DNA from: Kiritimatiellia bacterium
GTDB lineage: Bacteria; Verrucomicrobiota; Kiritimatiellia; RFP12; UBA1067
Assembly (NCBI GenBank): GCA_045627925.1
Contig: JAZQOS010000021.1
Span: 10,012 to 74,011 of the forward strand
Reading direction: 5' to 3'
Length of the DNA: 64,000 nucleotides
Each line of letters opens with the position of its first letter. Positions within the stretch are counted from its first letter, which is position 1. The position numbers were made by a program, and so were the translations under genes. The notes under the pieces were generated by a model, which ran no database searches, was not told the DNA's origin, and saw only the letters and a program-made list of their open reading frames with translations. Positions 32,969 through 41,073 of the stretch are shown here, one piece after another.

Positions 32969-35900
32969 TCATTTCACGATAATCCTGGGGGCGAAGTGTG
33001 TGCGAGTAAGTTTAAGTGAACCATCCTCACCAAGGACGAGCCGATAACCAGTTTTATCGGCAAGAACCGTGAACTTCTTCAAATCATCTTCGGTAAATTT
33101 CTTGCCACTAATAAGGTCAACGGTCTCGCCCACACCTGCGCTAACTGCGCCACGAACATCAATCGTTACCGTGCCCGATTCAGGGAGAATAAGGTTGGAG
33201 TTGCCAACGAGCGTCATCGTCTCACCGGCGGTTGGCTTAATAATTGCACCATCTTCAAACTTAACAATCGTTTCAAGATTGCCCTTTGCCAAAAGTGCAC
33301 CGCCCGCAGCAATCGTCAAATCCGCTGGCTTGGAAGCTCGGAATGCTCCGCTATTTCCGCCGCCCATCCAATTCCACTGGCCCGAGGCGGTCGTATTCCG
33401 AACCGAAGAGACGAGCACATAGTTCACTCCATCTTCCGACACCTCCATATCCCAACTGGTGGGACAATTGGCTTGGGGGCCAATACCCATTGAGTAGTTA
33501 GAGAACATTGATAATGGAGATTTAAGTTCTATGGTTATTGTAGCATTACCAGGGATAGTTGCTGCTGCTCCATTCCACATCTCATTAAAGAAATCAGTAT
33601 TAGGATTATCCACTAAATAACCAAGATTTGAAGACCCAGAAACATTGCAAGTAACAGTTGAATTCTTGAGACTCTGGAACTGATTATTTCGCCTTACACC
33701 AATCTCTGCAATTTTCAATGTCTTTCCTGAATTCAAGAACTTCATCCGCAAATACTTGTACTGTCCATCGGTATTGCCGACGGAATCTGCCGAGAACTCA
33801 GCGCCTTCGGAGACAACGATTCGCGCGGCGTTAAGCGCGACCTCCAATTCCGAAGAACTTGTTAAGTTATAGACGCCATCGCGCATTACAACTGTCATTG
33901 TGCCAGGAATCTTTCTCCCAAGCGTCGTCAGCGCACTACCGGTCTTGTTTTCATAAACAATCGAACCGCTACCACTGATTTTGTTGAACGAGACGTTCGT
34001 TCCCCAATCCGCACTATTGATGTTAAAGATAAGTTCTCCGCCTTCGCGAATTTCGAGCGTCTTGTTGGAAAGCACCCAGCTCTCCGACGTTGGCGTCGTT
34101 ACAATCTTCGCGCCACTGCCACACGAAATACGGTTCACGGCAATTGAAGTCCCCTCGGGAATCGTCATCGTGCCGCTCATAAGTTCAACCGTCAAGTTGC
34201 GGTTCAGCGCAAAAATGCGCATATCGTCCCAGCTATTTCCCTCGCCCGGGTCGAGCACAATCGTACCGTTGCCCTCGATAGTTCCATCCCACGGCGCGGA
34301 AAGAATCACCGTATTCATGGTATCGACCGTAAGGACTCCCCTTCCGTTTCCGGAAAGCCGCGTCATCGTGCCCGCGATAACGTGTGCATCTCCGCAGTTA
34401 AGGCCGTAATCGACCTCGCCGGTGAAATCGGAAAAATCGAGCGTCTTCGCGTTAATCGTATGCGTACCGTCGTCTACGAGCTTGAGTTTGTATCCGCCAA
34501 CGTATTTCAAGTCCGTCGCCCGCAAGGTATCGCAGATGACATCGGCGTCCACGGTAACAACTGCGTCGGCGCTCATATCAAGCGCGATGTCAACGTTCTC
34601 GTCCAGCGACTTCTCGCTCCACTTGCCGCCAAACGGCTTGGTTACGACCTCGCTGTTCTCGTCGTACTTGATTTCGCCGTTTTCGTCGTAATCGATGACG
34701 CGCCAATCGTCGGTGTCCCACTTCTCGTTCTCCGTGCCTGCGAAGGTGCGCAGATACGGCGCGACAAGTCCATCGCCTTTTACCACCGAGATAACTCCGT
34801 CGCGGTAGCGAAGCGACGCATTTTCATTATTCGGCTTGAAGTTGTAAAGCGAGTAGAAGTCGAGGTTGCCGCCGCTCACAATCGGCTGCGGCGTAGAAGT
34901 GAGCGTAAGGTCGCTCACATCGACGATTACCGGCTCTTCGCCAAACGACCAAACCGTATTTTCCGCGCATTCGAGCGACTTCCCGTTAACCGCCTTCAAA
35001 ATCGAACCGCTCGCCGCCTCGATGTTGGCGCGAATCTTGCCCTCGGCCAAGAGCGTTCCGCCTTCGCGCACTTCCACCGATGCCGGTTGTTCGCCGGACG
35101 AGCCCGCGCGAAGCGCTGCTTCGCCGCTCTTCTCGTCGCCACCGACCCAGCCGCCATACCAAAAGCCGGAGTTGCTGTTGCTGGTGCGGGCGACCGTGGT
35201 CCAGTTAATGCCATCAGCCGACACATCCACGCGGAAGGAAGTCGGCCGATAACCATCCCACGAACTCCCGGTTTCCGCATTGTACGTCTTCGATGAAAAA
35301 ACACCGAAACGATCGAATACGGGCCTCGGCTCCCTGAGCTCGAAGGTAACATACAATCCCTCGCCCGCCATCACCGCTGCACTCCCGTAGAAATAAACGC
35401 TATAGCCATCATTACCGCCAGTGGAACTCGAAGCGTTATAACTTCCATCGTAAAGCCGACCGAGGTTCGATGTCGAAACCGAAGACGAAACACTTTTGAC
35501 ATTGTTCGAAAGCAGTCGCGAGGTGATATTGCCGTTCGCGTCAACGTTCGAGAAGGAGATTTCATCAATCTTCACGCCCTCGTGCGGCACATTGGCCGAG
35601 TTGCGTTGGGCGAGGAAGTAGATGCGAATATAACTAATCTTGTCGATGATAAAGCCCGTCGAGCTCGCGCCGTATTCCGCGCCATCGTAAATGTGAATTT
35701 CGCGCGTATTCATCGCCGGCGACTTCGCGTCGGTATTAACCTCCGTCTTGCCGCCCATTACGTGCAATGCGCCGGAGCTACTGACTGGCAAATTAAAAGT
35801 CACGTCGCCGCCGATGGAAAGCCCTTGGAAATTAAGCTTTGACGTGGCGTCATTCGGATTGAAGACATAGGCGCTATTCGCGTTTGCGAACGAGCCGACA

Positions 35901-38900
35901 AGCGAATTCTGGTCGCCAACCACATTAATCGTGCAGTTTCCGTTATCCGGGAAATAAGTGCCGATATTGCCGGTGAAGGCCGAAGCCGTCCCTCCCTTGA
36001 GCCAGTTCTGCTCCGTCGCCGACCAATCGCCGCCATTCGGTCCGTTCCATGTCAAGATCGTATCTGGATCGAAGAAAGATCCGGTTACCGTCGTAGTTCC
36101 GACAATCGGATTTTCGAGTGCTCCGTTGTAAAACACGGCGCCCTGATTATCAAGTTGCGCACCGATGAGCGGAGTAATCTGATAGGTGTTGTTGTCGCTC
36201 TTCGGGAGAATCACCTTCGCCCCCTCTTCCAGCGTAAGCTTCGTCACCTTGGCGAGCGGCAGATTTGCGAATTCGACGGTCGTGCCGGCTCTGACCGTAA
36301 CCTCGCCGGCGAGCGAATTCATGCCCACAATCTTCACCTTGCCATTGCCGGAAAATTCAAATCCGCCATTTCCGAAGTCCACGATCTCGACGTTGATTTC
36401 GAGATTGGCCTCGTCATCAAGCATAACCTTGGTAACACCGTAAAGTCCAAGCGAAGCATTGTTGCTCCGCGAAAGTTTGGAATTGCCTTTGACTGAAAGT
36501 TCGAGCCCTGGCGAGGTCTCCGAACCGAACGAGAAGTCATGCGTGCGATCGACGCGAATTTCGCCATTGTCGAGCTCCACCGGCAAGACGAACGCCTCAA
36601 ACGTCTGCGCGCGCGACTTGCCGTAATTCGGGTTCGTGTGCACGATTACGCGTCCGTTCTTGACGGTCATCAACTTCTCGGCGGTTGCGTTCTTGAAGGC
36701 GTTGAAGGTTTCGAGTTGAAGCTCGAAGTTTTCGATTGAAAGCGGCAGGTATTTCGCAAGCGCTCCCTCTAATGTACCGCGCAAGACGTTGTGCGTGTTC
36801 ACATCAACGCCACTGCCTTCGAATACGAGATGGTCGACGTCGATCCACTCCTCGTTGTTATCCGAGGGATCGTTGGTTGTCGCCTTGCCCTTGCGGAAAT
36901 CGAGAAGTCCATTCGAACCCGCGAAAGTAACGGTATCGACATTCTTCACCTTACCGAGATAAAACTTCTTGTTGCCCTCGAAGCGCACATTGCCCTTTGC
37001 TTCGGTAAACTGCAAGCCCTCGTGGCCGACGCCACCCTCGACCGCAGCGACGAATGTACCTGCGTTCAACTTGAGGTCGGTGCCGAGACGAAGCCGTCCG
37101 CTTTCGTCGCCCGTAAGCTTAAAAGCCGCATCCGACGGCTGAGTTACGTCGAGCGCCAGTGCCGCCAGTTCGTTCGTGCCGACGTTCATCGTAAGATTGC
37201 CGGTCGCCTCGACAATCGCGGTGTTCGCATGGTCGTAAACGCAAAGGACGCCATTGGTTGTCCACAAGGAGTCGGTGAGGTTCCAGTTTACTTCGCCCGT
37301 GGTCTCGCCAGCCCAAGTATAATCTTCGAGCGCGTAATTGAACGGCAACGGATCGCCGTAGGCAATCGGGCACACCCAGCTCCAACGCCGCGCACCCCAC
37401 GATCCAAGCTGATTCTGGAAGTTCCGCATCATATAGAGCCACGAATCGCCGGGCGAAAGATGGTTAATGAAGTAGGCCTTGATGCTGAGGTTGTCGAGCT
37501 TCGAGTTGTAGTTGTCGCCGTCGTCGATATTCGCCGTCGCATTCGAATACCAACCCTCGCGTGCGGAGCCGACCGCGAAAACCGCGCCGCCCGTCGGGTT
37601 TTCAAGAAGCATATCGCAGTGGCACGCCTTGGCGTAGTGGTGAGTCTCCTCGCGATAGTCGGGGTATCCGGTAAGGCACGGGCGACCGGCGATGAATGAA
37701 CGGATAAGACCTTTCATCGTCTGGGAGACCTTGCCGTAGAAGACCTTGCTGCTGAGACCCGACTGCGAGCCGTGGCTATCGACGGTGATGAGATCCCAGT
37801 CGTGGTCGCGCAAATAGTTCGCACCTTGATCGAATTCCGTCAGCCCCACCTTCCAGTTCGTTTCGCTCGCGATTCCGACTTCGGCCGAAGGAAGTCCGCG
37901 CACCATACGGTCGCGCATAAGCCACGTCATCGTATATTCGGTGTCGACCCACTTCGAGGGGTGGCGAATGTCGTACATATTGTAGCCGCCCGTGTAATAC
38001 TCGATGTCGAAGCGATGCGTGCTGCCGCTCGTCATGTCCGGCGAATTGCTGCCGAGGGCGCCAGCGGCGACCGCATAACGCCGACGACCGGGGAAGTTGG
38101 CCTGCTCGACGCGCTGAACCTTGGCAAGATAGTTGTTAAATGTCTGCTCATAAGTGCGTCCGCTCGCGCTTGGATCGTCGTTATTCGCAAGCTTGAAAGC
38201 GATACGCGTGACGACCACGTCGGGAATGAGGTCGATGATATCGGAATGCTCATTGGCGTAGATTCCGTCACCCTCGGTAATGGCGCCATTTTCGCTACCT
38301 GCGTCCCAAGGATATTTTGCGCCTTTCAAATCGCAGCATGCGTAGAAGGCATCCGTCGGAATCGGCGCCTGACCGAGGTTGAAGGATTTCTGCGAGCTTG
38401 GAATCGTGTAGATACCCGGAATGCCGGTTTCGGGGCCAATCGTGTACCACACATCCGGCGCGGTGATGGTGATGTCTCGCTTGGTAGTGCGGACGACACC
38501 GCCTTCCGGATATCCGTGGGCGTCGTAGAACGCGCCCGCGAGCACGAAATAATGAGTGCCCTTCGCCGCTTCCTGACGAATATAGGCATGGAGTCGTTCG
38601 GCGTCGTTACGCGCGTAATATCCTTTCGTCGAGTCATCGGTGTTAACGGGAAACGCCGCCAAAATCGTGTTGAAATTATCGCAACGGAACTTCATTTCCG
38701 GATGCGCGGCCTTGCGAGCTTCGACATACTTAACCCAAAGCGAATAATACTTGTTCGGCGCAATCACGATGTAATCGGGCTGTTCGGAATCACCGGCGGC
38801 GTCCTTGATCGCGTCGAAATCGGGGTTTGGATCGTCCGTAAGCGAGAAAAGGCTCATCTTCTGCGGCGCCTTCTCTTCCTTGATTTCCTCGGGGTTGACA

Positions 38901-39502
38901 ACGGAGCCCTTCACCTGATCGACAAGATCCTTGGCGTAGCCGTTCCCCTTGGATGTGGAAAGCGACATCATCTGCTCAGGAACGAGGAACGTCGCCTTAA
39001 TCGTGAAGCTTTTGGCCGCTTCGAGCTTACCGTTCGTATAGCGGAACGGGATGAAGCGCACTGGCAAAATTTCCACTCCCGACGCGATCTGCACGCCCAA
39101 CGACTCGACTTGTTTCTTGGGCGAAACGGTTCCGTAAAGCGCATCGTTCGGCGGCGTGAACGGCGGATTTTTGACCATCTTCGAAACTGGCTCTTGAATC
39201 GGTATGAGCCGCACGTCCTCGCCAATCGTCACCCACTCGGCCTCGAATTCGCAATCGAGCAGCTTACCGTTCTTCGGTACTGCGAAGGTAACGGAATCGT
39301 CCGGTAGCATCGGCGCGCCGACTTCATCGACTGGATAGTCCACGCCAGGATATTGGATAAGCGAATATCCCGGCTTATTGCTTTCGACGATCTGGGCCTT
39401 GGTGTAGTCGTCGGGCAAAGTGTAAGAGACTGTCTTAACTTCACCGAAAGCGAATTGAACGATACCAAGCGCGACAAGCGCGATTGCGAATTGTTTCTTC
39501 AT
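32969..39502 (-). CDS. Giant secreted peptidase C25-like protein with beta-strand-repeat region and two discoidin-like modules (2177 aa)
   Basis: Closest paralogue of the 2114-aa protein, roughly half or more of residues identical by eye in the N-terminal 300 aa. Signal peptide, propeptide-like domain, VDSHGS His, GRPCLTG Cys. Modules ISYIRIYFLA and YKYLRMKFLN. Ends FAPRIIVK. AAGGAG RBS. Confidence 0.85.
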   Translation of the reverse strand: MKKQFAIALVALGIVQFAFGEVKTVSYTLPDDYTKAQIVESNKPGYSLIQYPGVDYPVDEVGAPMLPDDSVTFAVPKNGKLLDCEFEAEWVTIGEDVRLIPIQEPVSKMVKNPPFTPPNDALYGTVSPKKQVESLGVQIASGVEILPVRFIPFRYTNGKLEAAKSFTIKATFLVPEQMMSLSTSKGNGYAKDLVDQVKGSVVNPEEIKEEKAPQKMSLFSLTDDPNPDFDAIKDAAGDSEQPDYIVIAPNKYYSLWVKYVEARKAAHPEMKFRCDNFNTILAAFPVNTDDSTKGYYARNDAERLHAYIRQEAAKGTHYFVLAGAFYDAHGYPEGGVVRTTKRDITITAPDVWYTIGPETGIPGIYTIPSSQKSFNLGQAPIPTDAFYACCDLKGAKYPWDAGSENGAITEGDGIYANEHSDIIDLIPDVVVTRIAFKLANNDDPSASGRTYEQTFNNYLAKVQRVEQANFPGRRRYAVAAGALGSNSPDMTSGSTHRFDIEYYTGGYNMYDIRHPSKWVDTEYTMTWLMRDRMVRGLPSAEVGIASETNWKVGLTEFDQGANYLRDHDWDLITVDSHGSQSGLSSKVFYGKVSQTMKGLIRSFIAGRPCLTGYPDYREETHHYAKACHCDMLLENPTGGAVFAVGSAREGWYSNATANIDDGDNYNSKLDNLSIKAYFINHLSPGDSWLYMMRNFQNQLGSWGARRWSWVCPIAYGDPLPFNYALEDYTWAGETTGEVNWNLTDSLWTTNGVLCVYDHANTAIVEATGNLTMNVGTNELAALALDVTQPSDAAFKLTGDESGRLRLGTDLKLNAGTFVAAVEGGVGHEGLQFTEAKGNVRFEGNKKFYLGKVKNVDTVTFAGSNGLLDFRKGKATTNDPSDNNEEWIDVDHLVFEGSGVDVNTHNVLRGTLEGALAKYLPLSIENFELQLETFNAFKNATAEKLMTVKNGRVIVHTNPNYGKSRAQTFEAFVLPVELDNGEIRVDRTHDFSFGSETSPGLELSVKGNSKLSRSNNASLGLYGVTKVMLDDEANLEINVEIVDFGNGGFEFSGNGKVKIVGMNSLAGEVTVRAGTTVEFANLPLAKVTKLTLEEGAKVILPKSDNNTYQITPLIGAQLDNQGAVFYNGALENPIVGTTTVTGSFFDPDTILTWNGPNGGDWSATEQNWLKGGTASAFTGNIGTYFPDNGNCTINVVGDQNSLVGSFANANSAYVFNPNDATSKLNFQGLSIGGDVTFNLPVSSSGALHVMGGKTEVNTDAKSPAMNTREIHIYDGAEYGASSTGFIIDKISYIRIYFLAQRNSANVPHEGVKIDEISFSNVDANGNITSRLLSNNVKSVSSSVSTSNLGRLYDGSYNASSSTGGNDGYSVYFYGSAAVMAGEGLYVTFELREPRPVFDRFGVFSSKTYNAETGSSWDGYRPTSFRVDVSADGINWTTVARTSNSNSGFWYGGWVGGDEKSGEAALRAGSSGEQPASVEVREGGTLLAEGKIRANIEAASGSILKAVNGKSLECAENTVWSFGEEPVIVDVSDLTLTSTPQPIVSGGNLDFYSLYNFKPNNENASLRYRDGVISVVKGDGLVAPYLRTFAGTENEKWDTDDWRVIDYDENGEIKYDENSEVVTKPFGGKWSEKSLDENVDIALDMSADAVVTVDADVICDTLRATDLKYVGGYKLKLVDDGTHTINAKTLDFSDFTGEVDYGLNCGDAHVIAGTMTRLSGNGRGVLTVDTMNTVILSAPWDGTIEGNGTIVLDPGEGNSWDDMRIFALNRNLTVELMSGTMTIPEGTSIAVNRISCGSGAKIVTTPTSESWVLSNKTLEIREGGELIFNINSADWGTNVSFNKISGSGSIVYENKTGSALTTLGRKIPGTMTVVMRDGVYNLTSSSELEVALNAARIVVSEGAEFSADSVGNTDGQYKYLRMKFLNSGKTLKIAEIGVRRNNQFQSLKNSTVTCNVSGSSNLGYLVDNPNTDFFNEMWNGAAATIPGNATITIELKSPLSMFSNYSMGIGPQANCPTSWDMEVSEDGVNYVLVSSVRNTTASGQWNWMGGGNSGAFRASKPADLTIAAGGALLAKGNLETIVKFEDGAIIKPTAGETMTLVGNSNLILPESGTVTIDVRGAVSAGVGETVDLISGKKFTEDDLKKFTVLADKTGYRLVLGEDGSLKLTRTHFAPRIIVK

Positions 39503-39543
39503 AAGTGCTCCTTACTGTGCCTATGGCACAAGTTTCACCTTGA

Positions 39544-39572
39544 ATTATACGCTTTATTCCACCCAAAGTCAA
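39544..39572 (-). promoter_or_regulatory. Sigma70-type promoter for the 2177-aa gene (TTGACT-N17-TATAAT)
   Basis: The reverse strand reads aaTTGACTttgggtggaataaagcgTATAATtcaagg..., followed by a ~40-nt leader containing the hairpin GTGCCataGGCAC and the RBS AAGGAG. Confidence 0.55.
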
Positions 39573-39676
39573 TTATCCCCATATTTCGGAGCTCGAGCGC
39601 GGAAAGGCTTTGCCGGGGACACACCCTCCTTTTTGCCCGCTTCGAACGATGCCTCTGCTGGTAAAAAGCTCTAAGC

Positions 39677-40040
39677 GTTAACATATAGCGTAATAGACGT
39701 TAACAACAATACATGTGTTGTATTTTTATGTCTTGTTTATGTTAGTGTCTCTATTGGAGACTGTCGAGTCTCCATTGGAGACTGCCATTAACGCTCGTTA
39801 ACGCCTTTTATTGACAATTTTGTCAATAAGTCAATTTTAATGACACGCAAAAGCATGCCTTCTGCTCAATCGCTAAACCACTGTTGGTAGAAAGCGCTAC
39901 CCGTTAACGGGTAAGGGATAAGGGCGTATTCTGGTAGCGCGCTCGAGGAAGACCACTAAAACCTCGAGGTGTATACACCTTTTGGGCTTAGGGGTTAACC
40001 CTTTTTCGAAAAAGGGTTAACGGTTTTACCCCTTACCCGT
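39677..40040. repeat. Low-GC palindrome cluster with six GTTAAC sites and nested inverted repeats
   Basis: GTTAAC at 39677, 39699, 39797, 39903, 39994 and 40016. Perfect palindromes: 22 nt TTATTGACAATTTTGTCAATAA (39808-39829), 16 nt TACCCGTTAACGGGTA (39898-39913), 14 nt AGGTGTATACACCT (39967-39980), 28 nt GTTAACCCTTTTTCGAAAAAGGGTTAAC (39994-40021). Hairpin GGAGACT-gtcg-AGTCTCC (39756-39773). 11-nt direct repeat ATTGGAGACTG at 39753 and 39774. Long-range inverted repeat ACGGGTAAGGG (39907-39917) / CCCTTACCCGT (40030-40040). Confidence 0.85.
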
Positions 40041-40056
40041 CTACCCTTAGACCTTT

Positions 40057-40587
40057 TTACCAGCGGAGATCGTAAAGTCGCACTGATTCATTTTTCTGGC
40101 AATTTTGTCGGTTCCTCGTCGACATCGAGCGCCCCTGTATCCGCTGCGTTGAGTGGCGGGCAATCCATCGTTCAGAATATCCCAACCGCCGATAATCTGC
40201 CAACGCCTGCTGAATTGAAAGTTCTGGATCTTGCATCTGATCCAACCGCTCGGCGGCAACATGCGCCATCCACATCTTGAACGGCTCCGCCTTGGGCGAG
40301 GGGATGGATTGGATAAGCCGGAACATCTGCTCGGCGGTTGCCACATCCGTTTTATATAACTTTCCATCTGCGGCCCTTAATCTCAGTTGGTTACAATTTG
40401 TAACCGACTCGTTCCCTTCTTTTTTCAGGCGGTTTTTGAGTACTTTCCAATAATTACGCGGGTCTGCGCTTTCAGTCAGCACCGATACAACATCAACGAC
40501 TGAAAAATACCAATTTTCGGCAACATCATCCCAAATCGAGCGAATTTTACGCTCTCCGAACACCTTAACAATCTCTGTCATTGACAT
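40057..40587 (-). CDS. Bro-N domain (prophage antirepressor-like) protein, probably C-terminally truncated
   Basis: The track start is TTG at 40593. I prefer ATG 40587-40585 (MSMTEIVKVFGERKIRSIWDDVAENWYFSVVDVVSVLTES...LFRLIQSIPSPKAEPFKMWMAHVAAERLDQMQDPEL). This matches the widespread Bro-N/COG3617-type family as I remember it, whose members are usually ~100 aa longer. The sequence after GYSERWI looks degenerate. Confidence 0.65.
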   Translation of the reverse strand: MSMTEIVKVFGERKIRSIWDDVAENWYFSVVDVVSVLTESADPRNYWKVLKNRLKKEGNESVTNCNQLRLRAADGKLYKTDVATAEQMFRLIQSIPSPKAEPFKMWMAHVAAERLDQMQDPELSIQQALADYRRLGYSERWIARHSTQRIQGRSMSTRNRQNCQKNESVRLYDLRW

Positions 40588-40674
40588 TTTCAAGCTTCCT
40601 TTTTGCAGACATAGACAAATCTACACTTCGCCAATTCTATGACCTATACGCTCCCCTCGCGAGGAACAGAAAGT

Positions 40675-40683
40675 ATTATAGCA
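40675..40683 (-). promoter_or_regulatory. Extended -10 element (TGcTATAAT) upstream of the Bro-N gene
   Basis: The reverse strand reads ttttTGcTATAATac, 88 nt upstream of ATG 40587. No good -35. Confidence 0.35.
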
Positions 40684-40755
40684 AAAATTATTACACCGCG
40701 CGAATGCCAACAATTCGACTCCCAACCGCTTGCAAACGTCCGCCCGAGCGGTCGG

Positions 40756-40906
40756 CCATGTCCATATATGGAGACGTCAATCTCCATGTATGGACCCCCT
40801 CCATGTCCATGTATGGACACGGCGATCTCCATGTATGGACCCATGCCATGTCCTAGTATGGAGATTGCGAAGTCCATACTAGGAGATTTACCTGTCCATA
40901 TATGGA
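40756..40906. repeat. Iteron-like array: 7 copies of the 12-bp dyad motif TCCATRTATGGA at 22-23 bp spacing (three 45-bp higher-order units plus a partial)
   Basis: Motif starts at 40761 (TCCATATATGGA), 40783, 40806, 40828 (TCCATGTATGGA), 40851 (TCCTAGTATGGA), 40873 (TCCATACTAGGA, the exact reverse complement of the previous copy) and 40895 (TCCATATATGGA). The 45-bp units begin at 40756, 40801 and 40846. Confidence 0.9.
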
Positions 40907-41073
40907 CATTTGCCCTTTCCAGAGGCGATTCAAGTCGTCCGCCACGAGTGTGCGACACCGAAAGCACGGTCACGTTGAAGCTCGTCAAGTCGGGCGGCAC
41001 TTCCGCCGAGCGTCGCGTCTACCTCGATAACGGCGAGTAATTAGTTGGAGAAATTAGTTGGAGTTCAACTTTT

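Noticed and set aside
39890-40045. A tRNA or other known small RNA gene in the palindrome-rich segment.
   Set aside because: I could not fold a cloverleaf. There is no GTTCRAnYC T-loop box or anticodon-arm geometry. The stems are perfect DNA palindromes, more suggestive of protein-binding or recombination sites than of a conserved RNA. Rfam scanning would be needed to exclude an ncRNA.
40756-40906. Possibility that the regularly spaced repeats are a CRISPR array.
   Set aside because: The repeat unit is only 12 bp with 10-11 bp between copies, far shorter than CRISPR repeats and spacers. The 'spacers' are themselves repeated in a 45-bp higher-order unit. There are no cas genes in the window.
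40639-41040. ORFs translated across the iteron array (133 aa on plus, 118 aa on minus, with repeated ...SMYGP.PCP.M... peptides).
   Set aside because: The peptide periodicity simply mirrors the 45-bp DNA repeat. Both strands give equally 'good' ORFs. The GC content and codon pattern differ from real genes here, and there are no recognisable motifs. Only the last ~25 codons of the plus ORF look coding-like, and these may be a remnant of another gene.
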